A stretch of 64,000 bases of DNA from Lytechinus pictus (GCF_037042905.1 NC_087245.1:13952001-14016000), one strand, 5' to 3'. Positions 25,091 through 38,198 are shown, counted from the first letter of the stretch. The notes: generated by a model from the sequence alone, not told the origin. Numbers and translations are program-made.

Positions 25091-26667
25091 AATATCTTGG
25101 TGCACACATTCCATATTATAGCAACTCATCAGCAACTTTCCAGATATCTCTTACAATCTATGGAGATGTTGAGCCCAACCCGGGCCCTCAACTAATTACT
25201 AAAGATGGAAAGAAAACCCCTGCCTATGATTTAAAGTATCAGCAAAAGGTTGATCAAGAGCATTATGCCTATATTAAAAAGAGCTTTAATCACTTTGCAT
25301 TTTCAACCATTCCCACATCGCGCCTAAATCCTGATGTTTGGAGAAGGATCCATGAGCTTGGTATCTCACGAAAGCGGAAAACTCATCGTGGATCTAAAGG
25401 TCGTAAGAGAAGGGCTAGGAACTTAAACTTGAGACACAGTGTATTGTCAACGTCACAACATGATGTTTTTGATCACCCTATACCAGTTTTGGTTCAACAA
25501 AGAAAGTATACCCGACATTTTAAGATGAGAAATGGAGACATAAACAATCTTAAACAGATAACAGTACTGATTGACAAAAATCATCATTTTGACTTACCAC
25601 GCTTTTTTCTGTCAAATATACGATCGATCAATAATAAACTTGATGAAATTGACATTGCTGCTGATATAAACAAAGTTGATATTCTTGCTTTGACGGAAAC
25701 ATGGATTGATGAATCAACTTCTATGGATTGTTTGAGTTTACATGGTTATACTTTATTTTCAAAGCCAAGGAGTGGAAGAAAAGGAGGAGGAGTGGCTTTA
25801 TACGTTAAAGATATTTTTAATCCTAGTATTATTCCTGTTTTGGTACCTGATAATGTAGAGGCTTTGTGGGTCTATGTACGACCACGATTATTACCTCGTG
25901 AAATATCACGTATTGTCGTATGTGTATTGTACTTTCCACCACGTAGTCCATATGGGCAGGAATATATTGATCATATCATTTCTACGATTGATGATGTTCT
26001 TACAAAACATCCTGATGTTGGCATTTTTGTGATGGGTGACATGAATGACCTTGATATTGAACCAATTTTGAATAATGATAACTTTCATCAGGTTGTAAAT
26101 ATTCCAACAAGAGATAATAATATACTTGACAAAATTGTAATGAATTGTGATAAGTTTTATTTACCTGTTAGTGTCACATCACCTCTTGGAAAAAGTGACC
26201 ATAACTGTGTACTGCTTAGACCAATTGATAGTTTGGCACGCTCAAGAAAGAAAATAAAAATAAAACTTGCCCGCCCTCTACCAGACAGTGGTTTGCGTTT
26301 ATATGGTCAATGGATCACTCAATATTCTTGGGATGATATGTTACAGCTACAAGATCCTTCTGAAAAATATTCTCGTCTTATTCTAACTACTCTATCAAAG
26401 CTGGATGAATTATTACCAACTAAGAAAATTAAGATAAAGGATAATGACAAACCTTGGATGACACCACAGATAAAAGCAATCATAATTGAAAGAGAAAAAG
26501 CTTTCGAGAAGAATAACAAACCTCTGTGGCGTAGTCTCAGAAATAAAGTAAATAGAATGATAAAAAGTGCAAAGAAACATTATTACAACACACGTGTATC
26601 TCATCTTAAATCAACAAATCCAGCAGACTGGTATAAACAAATCAAGATTATTACAAAAAAAGAATAA
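25087..26667 (+). CDS. LINE polyprotein part 1: 2A-like peptide, basic linker, AP endonuclease
   Basis: GDVEPNPGP; APE motifs SNIRSI, ALTETW, RKGGGVALYV, MGDMN, PTRDNNILD, GKSDH. The true start is probably upstream at 24926. Confidence 0.88.
   Translation: MKYLGAHIPYYSNSSATFQISLTIYGDVEPNPGPQLITKDGKKTPAYDLKYQQKVDQEHYAYIKKSFNHFAFSTIPTSRLNPDVWRRIHELGISRKRKTHRGSKGRKRRARNLNLRHSVLSTSQHDVFDHPIPVLVQQRKYTRHFKMRNGDINNLKQITVLIDKNHHFDLPRFFLSNIRSINNKLDEIDIAADINKVDILALTETWIDESTSMDCLSLHGYTLFSKPRSGRKGGGVALYVKDIFNPSIIPVLVPDNVEALWVYVRPRLLPREISRIVVCVLYFPPRSPYGQEYIDHIISTIDDVLTKHPDVGIFVMGDMNDLDIEPILNNDNFHQVVNIPTRDNNILDKIVMNCDKFYLPVSVTSPLGKSDHNCVLLRPIDSLARSRKKIKIKLARPLPDSGLRLYGQWITQYSWDDMLQLQDPSEKYSRLILTTLSKLDELLPTKKIKIKDNDKPWMTPQIKAIIIEREKAFEKNNKPLWRSLRNKVNRMIKSAKKHYYNTRVSHLKSTNPADWYKQIKIITKKE
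25165..25188 (+). other. 2A/StopGo ribosomal skipping motif D-V-E-P-N-P-G|P
   Basis: Exact match to the D(V/I)ExNPG-P consensus, preceded by ATFQISLTIYG. Confidence 0.85.
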
Positions 26668-28264
26668 CACATCTAACGTTATTGCTGTACCTGGTGTTGA
26701 ACCTAATGATAAAGATCGTCAAGAGAAGACTGCTGATACCATTAATAAGCATTTCATTAATATAGCATCAGATTTGGCGCCGTTGGATAGAAGTTGCTTA
26801 CCAGCTTTCTTACCTTCTCCTTGTGTTTGCCCAGAAGTACAACCTTATCAGGTGTATTCTATGCTAAAGAAAATAAAATGCAGTAAAGCAGGTGTAACAG
26901 ATGACTTACCCCCTCGTGTAATTCGTGAATTTGCATGTGAACTAAGCCATCCTCTTGCCAATATCCTTAATACATCATTTCAACAAGGGTTAGTACCTTG
27001 GCAGTGGAAGAGAAGTCAGGTTGTTCCCATTCCCAAGTCACAACCACCTAATATTAAAAAACTCCGACCTATATCTCTTACATGTCAATTCGCTAAAATT
27101 GCAGAATCATTCATTACAAAATGGTTATTGGAAGATATTTCTAAATATATTGACATTCATCAATACGGAAACAGACAAGGTCTGTCAACTACCCATTATT
27201 TGATAAAATTATTGCATTGTGTATTGGACAACTGTGAAAAATCTAAATCATTATCAACCATAGTTTGCACAGACTATTCCAAAGCCTTCGATAGACTTGA
27301 CCATAGTATTCTGATTCGAAAATTAATTGAATTTAACGTAAGACCTTGCATAATTCAGTGGATTGTTAGTTTTTTAGAAAATCGTTCACAATCTGTTAAA
27401 TATCAGGGCGTGTTGTCTCCGTATATTACAAATCATGCTGGAGTGCCGCAAGGAACGAAATTAGGCCCGATATTGTTTTTGATCATGTTTAATGATTCGT
27501 GTCAGAATGATTCTTTACCGCACTTTAAATATGTTGATGATCTTACTATAGTTGAGAATCGTTCAGTAGAAACTCCTTCTGTATTACAATGTCATCTAAA
27601 TGCACTCGTTACCTGGTCATCTAATAATCACATGAAACTAAATCCGAATAAATGCAATGTAATCAGAGTTACTTTCTCTAAAAATCCACCATTACCTAAT
27701 CTATTGCATATTGGTGACACTTCTCTGCAATATTCAGAAACTGTTAAAATACTTGGTGTTTATATTCAGTCAAACTTAAAATGGGATAAACAAATTTCAG
27801 ATATTATAAAAAGGTGTAACAGAAAATTGTATATGTTCAGACTTGTCAAACAATATAAACTCCCTATGTCAGACCTTGTTCAAATTTACATTGGATATAT
27901 TCGTCCAATTTTGGAGTATTGTGTACCGGTTTTCAATGGAGCACTAACTGCTAAACAGGTTAAGGACTTAGAAAAAATACAAAAAAGAGTTTGCAAAATA
28001 ATTCTTGGCTCAGATTTTATAGATTATGAAAATGCATTAACAAAATGTGGATTAGAATGTCTTGAAAGAAGACGAAAAAGACTGTGTTTGGAGTTTGCTA
28101 AATCTCTTATAAAAAACCCTTACTGTAATAACTGGCTACCAAAAAGGAAAAATGTCTCAATCTCATTAAGGAGTGTTCCAAACTTTGCTCAGTTAAAATG
28201 CAAAACAGCTCGCTTAAGAAAAAGTGCAATACCATATTTCATTGATTTACTAAATTCGAAATAA
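26655..28264 (+). CDS. LINE polyprotein part 2: reverse transcriptase (joined to part 1 across an A7 frameshift)
   Basis: RT motifs LRPISLT, DYSKAFD, GVPQGTKLGP, YVDD, KILGV, YIRPILEY. Removing one A at 26655-26661 fuses it with part 1. Confidence 0.92.
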
Positions 28265-29258
28265 ATTTTTACTTTCATACCCTTGAAATCAACTCAAATT
28301 TTGGCCATTGTTTTAGTCTCCATTTCAATCCAATTGATATTTGAATTTATAATTGTCTAATATTCATCACTTTTTAATATTGTATTTCTTTTTTTTTCGT
28401 TCTATTTTATTATTTTTAATGATTTTTTATGTACACTTGCTCTTTAAAATTTATTTATTATCTATGTACATTGTAAATTGTAATTGTTTGCTTTTATCCA
28501 TGCTTTGTGAACGTTTTATTGTAAACATGTTAATTTCAGCCTTCTGGCTTTGTAACATGTATTGTTTTTATACGAAATAAACCATGATTGAATTGAATTG
28601 AATTGAATTGAAATTTGTCATCTGATCTTTCCCCCATCTTTTCAGGTTGACATTTGTATGAGTGTCAAAGAAGCATTGAATAAGAATTTTGCAACCCGTT
28701 CTGGTAGATTATAAGCAAAACACTTTAGTTTCCCTCCAAAACAGTAAGTTTGAGTAAGTTTCCCTGAAATGCTATAGGTTTTTGACGTAAAGATGCTAAA
28801 ACTCAGAGACACGGTTTTCGCATTCGTTGTTGGCCTGCTTCTTCTGCGTGGCAGGAGTAGCATTTGCATCGCAAACATCAATCCAAACTGTTTCGTTTGT
28901 GCATGTAATTGATACGCATTTACTTTCACCGAGGATCTCCTTGCTTTCACATCTCCGAGTGATCGCATGCTCACATGGGCAAGGGTATGGCATTTTACAT
29001 GTAAGTCAGAAATGCAAGGAATATCAAGCCCTTCTGGCGTGTGTATAATAGCGAAGATTGTGGGATGGGCAAGGTTTATTTACACTTGGTCCAAACACCA
29101 AATATATTTCCTCGCATGCACTTCGAGATATTTTTTTTTTTTATGTAGTGACATATATGCTTCTTTTTCATGACTATATACTTAAAGTGATTGCCCCCTT
29201 TAAAGGTCTGAATATAAATCATTTCCAGTCCGTGCCTACGTTGGCATTAGTGGATTGT

Positions 29259-32200
29259 CCCTTACAGAAAATTTCCAATGGTATACCATTGAGCTACCAT
29301 TGATGTTAGATGGATTACCATTCAACCATCACAAACCACGACACCGTTGAAGCACCAAAAAAACACCATTGAAATACCATTGAAACACCATTGGAACTAA
29401 TTTAATTTTTTTAGACGCTCATTTGCATATCCAATGGTAGCCCAATGGTAGTCCAATGGTAGTCCAATGGTGATCCAATGGTAGGGCACCATTGAGTAAC
29501 CTAATTTGCATACCAGTGGTGGCTGAATGGTGTTTCATTGGTCTACCATACATCCACCACTGATTTACCATTCACAATCCACCATTGACATACCATACAT
29601 GTACCATTTATCTACCATTCATCCACCATTGAACTACCACAAATCCACCATTGATCTACCATTCACTTTTCACCATTGACCTACCATACATCCACCATTG
29701 ACCTACCATTCACAATCCACCATTGACCTACCACACATCCACCATTGATCTACCATTCACTATTCACCATTGACCTACCATACATCCACAATTGACCTAC
29801 CATTCACTATCCACCATTGACCTACCATCCATACATCCACCACTGATCTACCATTCATTATCCACCATTGACCTACCATACATCCACCATTGACCTACCA
29901 TTTACTATCCACCATTGACCTACCATACATTCACCACTGATCTACCATTCATTATCCACCATTGACCTACCATACATCCACCATTGACCTACCATTCAAT
30001 ATCCACCATTGACCTACCATACATCCACCACTGATCTACCATTCATTATCCACCATTGACCTACCATACATCCACCATTGACCTACCATTCAATATCCAC
30101 CATTGACCTACCATACATCCACCACTGATCTACCATTCATTATCCACCATTGATCTACCACACATCCACCATTGATCTACCATTCAATATCCACCATTGA
30201 CCTACCATACATCCACCACTGATCTACCATTCATTATCCACCATTGATCTACCACACATCCACCATTGATCTACCATTCAATATCCACCATTGACCTACC
30301 ATACATTCACCACTGATCTACCATTCATTATCCACCATTGACCTACCATACATCCACCATTGACCTACCATTCAATATCCACCATTGACCTACCATACAT
30401 CCACCACTGATCTACCATTCATTATCCACCATTGACCTACCATACATCCACCATTGACCTACCATTCAATATCCACCATTGACCTACCATACATCCACCA
30501 CTGATCTACCATTCATTATCCACCATTGATCTACCACACATCCACCATTGATCTACCATTCAATATCCACCATTGACCTACCATACATCCACCACTGATC
30601 TACCATTCATTATCCACCATTGATCTACCACACATCCACCATTGATCTACCATTCAATATCCACCATTGACCTACCATACATCCACCATTGATCTACCAT
30701 TCACTATCCACCATTGACCTACCATACATCCACCATAGACCTACCATTCACTATCCACCATTTACCTACCACACATCCACCATTGACATACCATTCACTA
30801 TCCACCATTGACCTACCATACATCCACCAATGACCTACCATTCACTATACACTAGTGACCTACCATACATCCACCACTGATCTACCATTCACTATACACT
30901 ATTGACCTACCATACATCCACCACTGATCCACCATACATCCACCAATGGTGGATAGCGAATGGTACTTATCGTTTAGTGTCTGTCTTCAGCTTACTGTAT
31001 CCAATATCATAACAATCACTGTCCATCATTGACTCACCAAACATCCACCATTGACCTACCATTCACTATACCCCATTGTCCACATGTTGCTACAATAAAC
31101 AGGTTAATTGGAAAATATTAATAAATTTGATATCAAAAGATGTGTAAGACTCTAATCTATTGAGTCAAGAAATCTTGTGGCGCAAAAAAAAATCATCCTC
31201 GAAGATATTGCAGCGAACGTACAGGGAGGAATTCCACACTCCAGCCTTTTTAGGGTGAACCTGTTACAAATTGAAAACCTATTATTACTGCTTTTAAGCA
31301 AGGAGCTTAGGAACCTAATACTATTACTACAACTATACTTCTACTAGCACATCATTTATGAACATGAAAAAACATAATATACATGTACCTGAAAAAAAGT
31401 AGTTCAACAGCTATAAATCTATCTGACCTCATGAGGACCAAGAATTGTACTTACTTGTTAAGATAAGTAGGAGTCTTACTAATGACAAAAGATTACTTTC
31501 TCACATAATCCAAACAAAACTTACAGAGATTGTTCGAAAATGATAAATGGAAAACAACTTAGGAATGATTAATATTGAGCTGGTCATCCCAACACATCTG
31601 TATTTCTGCATAATTACACAAGGTCTATGATTAAAAAAAGATTTATGGTTTTTTTTTCAGTTAATGCGGCATTTTCAGCTATTTTTTTTCTTCTTCTAAT
31701 GGTTTGTTTTTAGTTTGGTGGGCTACACAACTTAATGCATGATAAAATAACAGGAATCACTATTAAGGCTGATTCCCACATTTACCTCCTCCAAAAATGT
31801 CTTCTCGGTTAAAAAGTTTGTAAATTAATCCCATATTACACATTTCATAATTAGTATCTAAAGTATAATATGACTATGATTTAGACATGTATGTATTGCG
31901 CATCTCAATGGCATTGAAAAAAGTATATGGTAGCACAGAGCAATCTAGCTCTTTTAAGCTCTATAAGAGCTCTTGTAAGGTCTGAAAGAGCTCTGGTACA
32001 TAAACGATGAAACACAAAAGAGTCACTGCATAAGTGAATAGAATTGTCATTTTTACGATGGCAATCAACAACAAAAAAGGAGTATTTTTTTACACTGCTC
32101 GATGGTGCAGTTTACCGCACCATATGGGATGACGACGCAAACTTCTTAACTGAAGAGGCAGTTTTTTAGGTTAACATGGGGATCGGCCTTTAGCTGGAAA

Positions 32201-35200
32201 TGGAATACCACTACCAGATTAGCATTAAAGAAATTGAATGGGGCAGATGTACATTCCTTTTGAATGGTAATAACTTTTGAAAATGGCTGAACAAAAGATT
32301 TAAAAGATATTTTCACAGCCCGACTGTAACTGAAGGGTCAGAAGTATACTATGTGTAGATTAACATTTTTTTTTTTGGGGGGGGGACACAAGTACTACAT
32401 AATTAAGAAAGATGTGGAAATGTGCAGGGAAAGCTTCATTCATGTAATACTACACTATATAAAGTTTACATGTATACTATTAAGTTGGGTCTATATACAC
32501 TTGGAAATAAAAACATGAATAAAATGAATTTATCAGCAAAGATTGAGGTTGGCAAGATATATTTTCTACAACTAGCAGACCTCTCTAGGCATACACAAAA
32601 CACAATACTGTGTCTGCATACATGTACAAAACTATGTAAAAGTAAATACATGTACTGGTACTGTAATGGCAAGTATTTCACTTAGAAATAACAAAAATCA
32701 TGCATGCAACTTATGAATTCTTTCATCTTTTTCTTTGGTTCTGCAACATCTTGGAAAAATTACACATATTTCATATTTCTTTCTCCTGCATTTGTACTGA
32801 ATGTACATACATGAATTCCAGATCCATTAAAAGTCTTTTTACACTAAATTTTGTACATGATACTGATTATGTTGTTTCGCTAATAAGTTGATTAACATTT
32901 ACCTAGATATATGAATAACTCATCAGCTGCAACAACTTTTTTCCAAATAAGTCTATTAAAAAAAAAAAATATCGAACAGCACAGTTTATGCATACTGTAC
33001 ATAACATGTAGTAAATATAATCTGAAAAAAAGTCTATGGGCAAATAATTTACAACAAAAATGCTAAAACTTGTAAAGTTGTACTTGTACTATTCTAAATG
33101 CCTAAATGAATATATTTTTAAATTCATAAGATTGCATGTGAATAGAAATCATAGTCCCATTTCATTAACTGTTATTGCTGTATGTATTATTGAGCAATAT
33201 TTCTGACTGTTGTATTCATAATTACAAACAGTGACTATTATGGAGAGCTTCATAATCCAATATATACTTTCAGATATAATGTTAGCTTTCCTGGCAACCA
33301 TGCTGTATCTTAGCCAATTCAGTACAGCACTCACATGTAATAAGAAGATGAACATGACATATACCTCAGAAGTGATTTACTCGGTAAGGCTTCAAAATGC
33401 AAGCAGAAACATGCAAGGAATGATCCAATACATTCATATTTTTTACGAGTTGCTAATGACTTCTGTGATGCTGATTATACCAAACGAGCCGATTGCTAGC
33501 GGTTGGCTAGATCTCGCCTATGAGCGGCCAGGGATCGCCCATGTGTGGTCGGTTGCATATTTCTACTTATATTTTAAATTCTCACCCAGTAAATCACATT
33601 TGAATTTACAGTTTCTTTGAAAATATTTATGGAAAATGCACCATAGAAGTACATTTCTATTATTATATGTAAGTCGAAGAGATTTATTTTTCATCATGGC
33701 ACTCAACCCAAGGATTGGAAATCGAAATGGGTTGAAAAGGGCAATTATCCCCTCTATTTCACTGTTCACAAGAAGTTTGAAAACTATGATGGTTAAACAA
33801 TTTTTCACATTTCATAAAGTCAGAAAATATATTTCCATATCTCTACTAGGTGAATAGTTGAATTTTGATGGAAAAACATATTAATATGTTTTTTTACTAG
33901 CACTTTACCCTGTTACATCTGTGGGCGCTACGTGAAGACATTGTAAACCAACCATGTACTGTATGTCTATTTCACTTTTGACCCATGACATCATACACGC
34001 CACGGGGGCGATGCTAAGCGAAAACTGGCTTAAAGCTTTGGAAACAAGTGCAGCTGGTGTAGGTGCCCAAACCGTTCTTTCCATCAGGATCATTTGTGAC
34101 ATGCACAAGCAAACTAAATGAGCTATTTGTGAGCTATAATGCACTTTGAACTGCATTAGCTGAATTTGATTTTTCCCCTTACACAGGAATGTTAATACAT
34201 TTCATCAATACCTTAAACATGCCATGTATAGGAACTTTTAAAAATATATACCCACTTTTCTAAAACAATTAACCAGGACAGATTTTTATCCAAGTTGCAA
34301 TGTTACCAAATCCCTTTGCCATGAAGGATTCTATGTTCATGATAAACTCATCACCTGCATTATGTTAAAAGGAGAACTCCAGCTCCAATATTAATAAAAG
34401 CGGAAAATCAGAGAAACATAACAAAAAAAATTGAGGAAAATTGGACAGCCAATGAGAAAGACTAAATTAATGAAATAAGAAATAATAAAAACCTCTACCT
34501 TTGTAGAAAAATTGGCAATGCGGTCATGGGTTTGTGACGTCATATGCCCACTATTCACATTTTGTTGTGTATATCATTTTTCATTTTTTCCCCCAAGAAA
34601 CTGACTTCCTAATGTCTTTGCTATAAGGTTATGGCAGACGTTCAAGTTAAAAAATAAGTTTCTTTCTGTAATACATACAAAAACATGTTAACATCACCTG
34701 GGCATTAGGAAATTAGTTTACTTGTAGGAAAATTGAAAATTGAGGATATCATAATATACAAAACAAAATGTGAATAGTGGTCATATGACATACCAAACTC
34801 ATAACCACACTGCCAATTTGTCTCTATTTTCATTGTTTCTCAGTTCATTAAGAAATTAAGTAACTTTATTTGTCGTCCAATTTTTCCTCCTTAAAGTTGT
34901 CATCAATCAGATGCAAATTGGAATCTCTGTGATGTCACTTGAGACAAGCTCTCCTATTTCTTTTGTAATAAGATTCAATAAATTTCTGTTTTTATGGTTC
35001 TTGATAATGTAAAAGACATATTTCATAGAGGGGATGTTTAAAAACATTTAATAATGTATAAGATGCCTCGGTATAATTTCATATTTTCTTCTGAGAAAAT
35101 ATAATTTTTTAATACACAACATGGGAGAGATTTTCAAGTGATGTAAGAGAATTGCTTATTTGAATTTTGCTACCACTGGACTACCATCAACCATTAGAAC

Positions 35201-35782
35201 ACCATTACATTACCATTGACAAGTGAGTTGCTATCTATCTCAGGGCAAACACCATTAGAGTACCGTAACATTACCACTGACCACTGAGTTACAATGTACC
35301 ATCTGGACAAACACCATTAGAACACCATTACATTACCACTGACAATTGAGTTACTATCTATCACTGGACAATCACCATTAGAACACCATTGCATTACCAT
35401 TGACAATCGAGTTACAATCTACCATCTGGACAAATACCATTGGAACACCATTACACTACCGTTGACCACAGGTCAACACCATTGAGTTACAATCTACCAT
35501 TAGGACAAACACCATTGACCATTAGAGATACCATTAAAACACCGTTGGAATACAGTCTACATCTGAACAAACACCATTACACTACCATTGACCAATGGGA
35601 TACCATTGAAACACCACACAACGGTCAGTGAACACCATTGAATTACCACTGACCACTGAGCAAACACCATTTGATCACCATAACACTACCATTGACCAAT
35701 GCAGAAACCATTGAAACACCATTGGGAACCAATGAATTACCATTGAATACCAATGAATTACCATTGAAGATTTTTGTAAGGG
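29259..35782. mobile_element. 6.5 kb non-autonomous TIR DNA transposon (CCC termini, 2-bp GT TSD; EnSpm/CACTA-like)
   Basis: Left end gt|cccttacagaaaatttccaatgg, right end ccattgaagatttttgtaaggg|gt. ACCATT-rich subterminal repeats at both ends. No transposase ORF seen. Confidence 0.72.
29545..30950 (+). repeat. Minisatellite with alternating 22- and 25-bp units
   Basis: accattgacctaccatacatcc alternates with accattgacctaccattcaatatcc / accactgatctaccattcattatcc. Confidence 0.95.
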
Positions 35783-36613
35783 GTACTTCATGAATTAGTT
35801 TAAAACAGTCCTTAAAATGTCCCCTTTTCTGGTCTGAATATCAAAAATTTCACCTCGCGCTTCGCGTTCGCATCATTTGGTTAGTGAGATAGGCTACGTA
35901 TGGTCTTATAGTGAATTGCTACAAACAAGCCTTAGAATGCCCCCTCTTCAGGTCTGAATTAAAAAAAATCAGCTCGCGCTTCGCGCTCATATTAGATCAG
36001 TGAGATACGTATCATGTTCATGATTATAATGACTTCAAAAGTGCTTCATGTGTTTAGAAGTAATTAAAAAAATTCAGCGATTGCATTAGATGACTATTTA
36101 TGCTTTGAATTCCTACAAAATAGTTCTTAAAATATCCCTTTTGGGGGTCTTATACACAAAAATTCAGCTCGCGCTTCGTGCTCGCATCATGTAATTAGTG
36201 AAATACGTATGGTCTTAGTGAATTGCCACAAACAAGCCTTACAATTCTCCTCTTCGGGTCTGAATATCAAACGATTTCAGCTCCCGCTTTGTGCTCGCAT
36301 TATTTGATCAGTAATACACGTCCGTTTAATGGCACAGTCCTTAAAATGTCTCCGGTAAGTCAGTATACCTGGCAATTGAACGCGCTTCGCGGGCCCACTA
36401 AGCCACTAAGTGACCCAAAGTGAGATAATGTGGAATAGGAACAAGGGGGAAAAAACGACAAAGAAAAGGAGACGATGTTTTGAAGGGGGCGTCATCCTCA
36501 TGTTAACCGCGACATCAGCCCACATCAGGGGGGGGGGGCATTCTGTGCAGGCGCTGATGAGCCACTGGCCCTTTTGTTTTCATTCTCTCATTTCCCACAG
36601 ATATTGCCGCAAA

Positions 36614-36812
36614 ATGAAGTTCTTGATGCTAGACGAGGATCGGTACAATGAAGGCTATAATATATTGTTAGAGAGGTTGGAACGAAGAAGATGGTCCGAG
36701 GAATGGGCCAACAATGTGTTTCCAGGGGCCATTGTACAGAAGTTAGCATCGAAGCTTGACCAAGGGGCTGACGATGGAGCTTTTCGTTCACTAGGTATAG
36801 GCACAGGGAATG
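36614..36812 (+). CDS. HNMT-like copy B, coding exon 1
   Basis: Paralog of 607-805 with the same length and splice sites; ends SLGIGTGNG|gtaag. Confidence 0.85.
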
Positions 36813-38198
36813 GTAAGTAATCAGGAAATTCGTTAATTTTGATATCAATCTCATTTCATATGTGACTCGCTTAATGATTTTCATGATCTAATTCAGACAA
36901 CATGGCGTTGATTCGACAAACTTTGCAAGGCAGTCTTGTTGCTACGGGAACGCTCTCAATGGGGTGACATGTTTCGCGCGAAATTTGTAACAGAGCAGCG
37001 TAGACAGGTAGACATAAGCCTCGTTTACTTCACGAGTTGGCTGACGTGCTTTCAGTTCCTCTGGCTATTATATTACAGACAAGCTTAGAGAGAGGTGAAT
37101 TACCATTAGATTGGATGATCTGCAAATGTTACCCCCATTTTTAAAAAGGGGAATACAAGTCATATTAAGAATTATCGGCTCGTCAGCCGTGGTTTGTAAT
37201 TTATTTGAAACTTTGAAAAGAAAGTTTTCATGGAACATTTCTATAGAAATGCATTTCTTTCTCCTCGTCAACATGGAATTGTTGTGGGTAAATCATTTAT
37301 CATATATTTGTTAGAAGTCATTGACGAATGGATTCGGGTATTAGATGATGGTGGCACATTGATGCCATCTGCATGGATTTTATGAAGACTTTTGATACTG
37401 TGCCACATCTTATATTACTGACCAGGCTAGAGGTATATGGTATTCGAGGACATGTCCATGTGTGGATGAAGGACTTCCTTCTTGGGCGAAGGCAGCGTGC
37501 TTATGTCAAAGGTCAGGAGTCAAACTGGTGTGAAGTCTCAAGTGGTATCCCCCAGGTTAGTGTGCTCGGTCCCTGTCTGTTCTTTGCACCATTAACGATC
37601 TTCCCAATTCAATCAATCTTTTTGAGGATGATATGAAAGCTTATGTCGGCTCAGATTCACCTGGGTCTTGTCAGCAACTTCAAAATACCCCATCACTGCT
37701 AGAAAGCTTGGCTGAGAAAAGACATCTCCGCTCCCTCCCAGACAACTGTACTGTTCTGAAAGTTGGTCATATGCAGTCTGCATTTGAATATCATATGGGT
37801 AAAGAAGATGACTGTGTAATTCTCAGTGAAAGTCAGGTAGAAAGGGACTTGGGAGTACAAGTTGATGCACGACTCGCCTTCAAAAACCATATCTCACAAG
37901 CTGTCTCTAAAGGAAATAAGTTGCTGGGTTTAATGAGGATGTCTTTTGTATGGATGATGACACAGCGAAGCTTATGTTTAATGGTCTAAATATAAGACCG
38001 TTATTAGAATATGGCCATTCGGATTGGTGTGCACTTTTCAGAGTAGGTTATCAGAAACGGCTAGAGAATGTGCAACGAAGAGCAACCCCGAGAGCAACCA
38101 AGCTAATCCTGCGACTTAGAACTTGTCCTATTCAGAGTGACTGCATCATTTGAAACTACCATCTCCTTTTCACAGACGAAGAAGAGGAGATAAACTTA

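Larger units (their letters stand above)
24576..28612 (+). mobile_element. Near-full-length APE-type non-LTR retrotransposon (CR1/L2 group) with a 2A-like leader
   Basis: Contains APE and RT ORFs, AATAAA at 28576 and a (TTGAA)n tail at 28587-28612. A possible 4-bp target-site duplication (TSD) ATTT (24572-24575 / 28613-28616) sets the tentative 5' end. Confidence 0.9.

Noticed and set aside
29545..30950. Regular repeat array resembling CRISPR
   Set aside because: Eukaryotic context, no unique spacers and no cas genes; it is a tandem minisatellite.
33900..34125. Possible THAP-like remnant (CYIC ... ENWLKAL ... ICDMH) inside the TIR element
   Set aside because: The motifs lie in different frames with stops; too weak without a profile search.
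36550..36575. CTGATGAG hammerhead-like cores (also ~43453)
   Set aside because: No properly placed GAAA and flanking helices found by eye.
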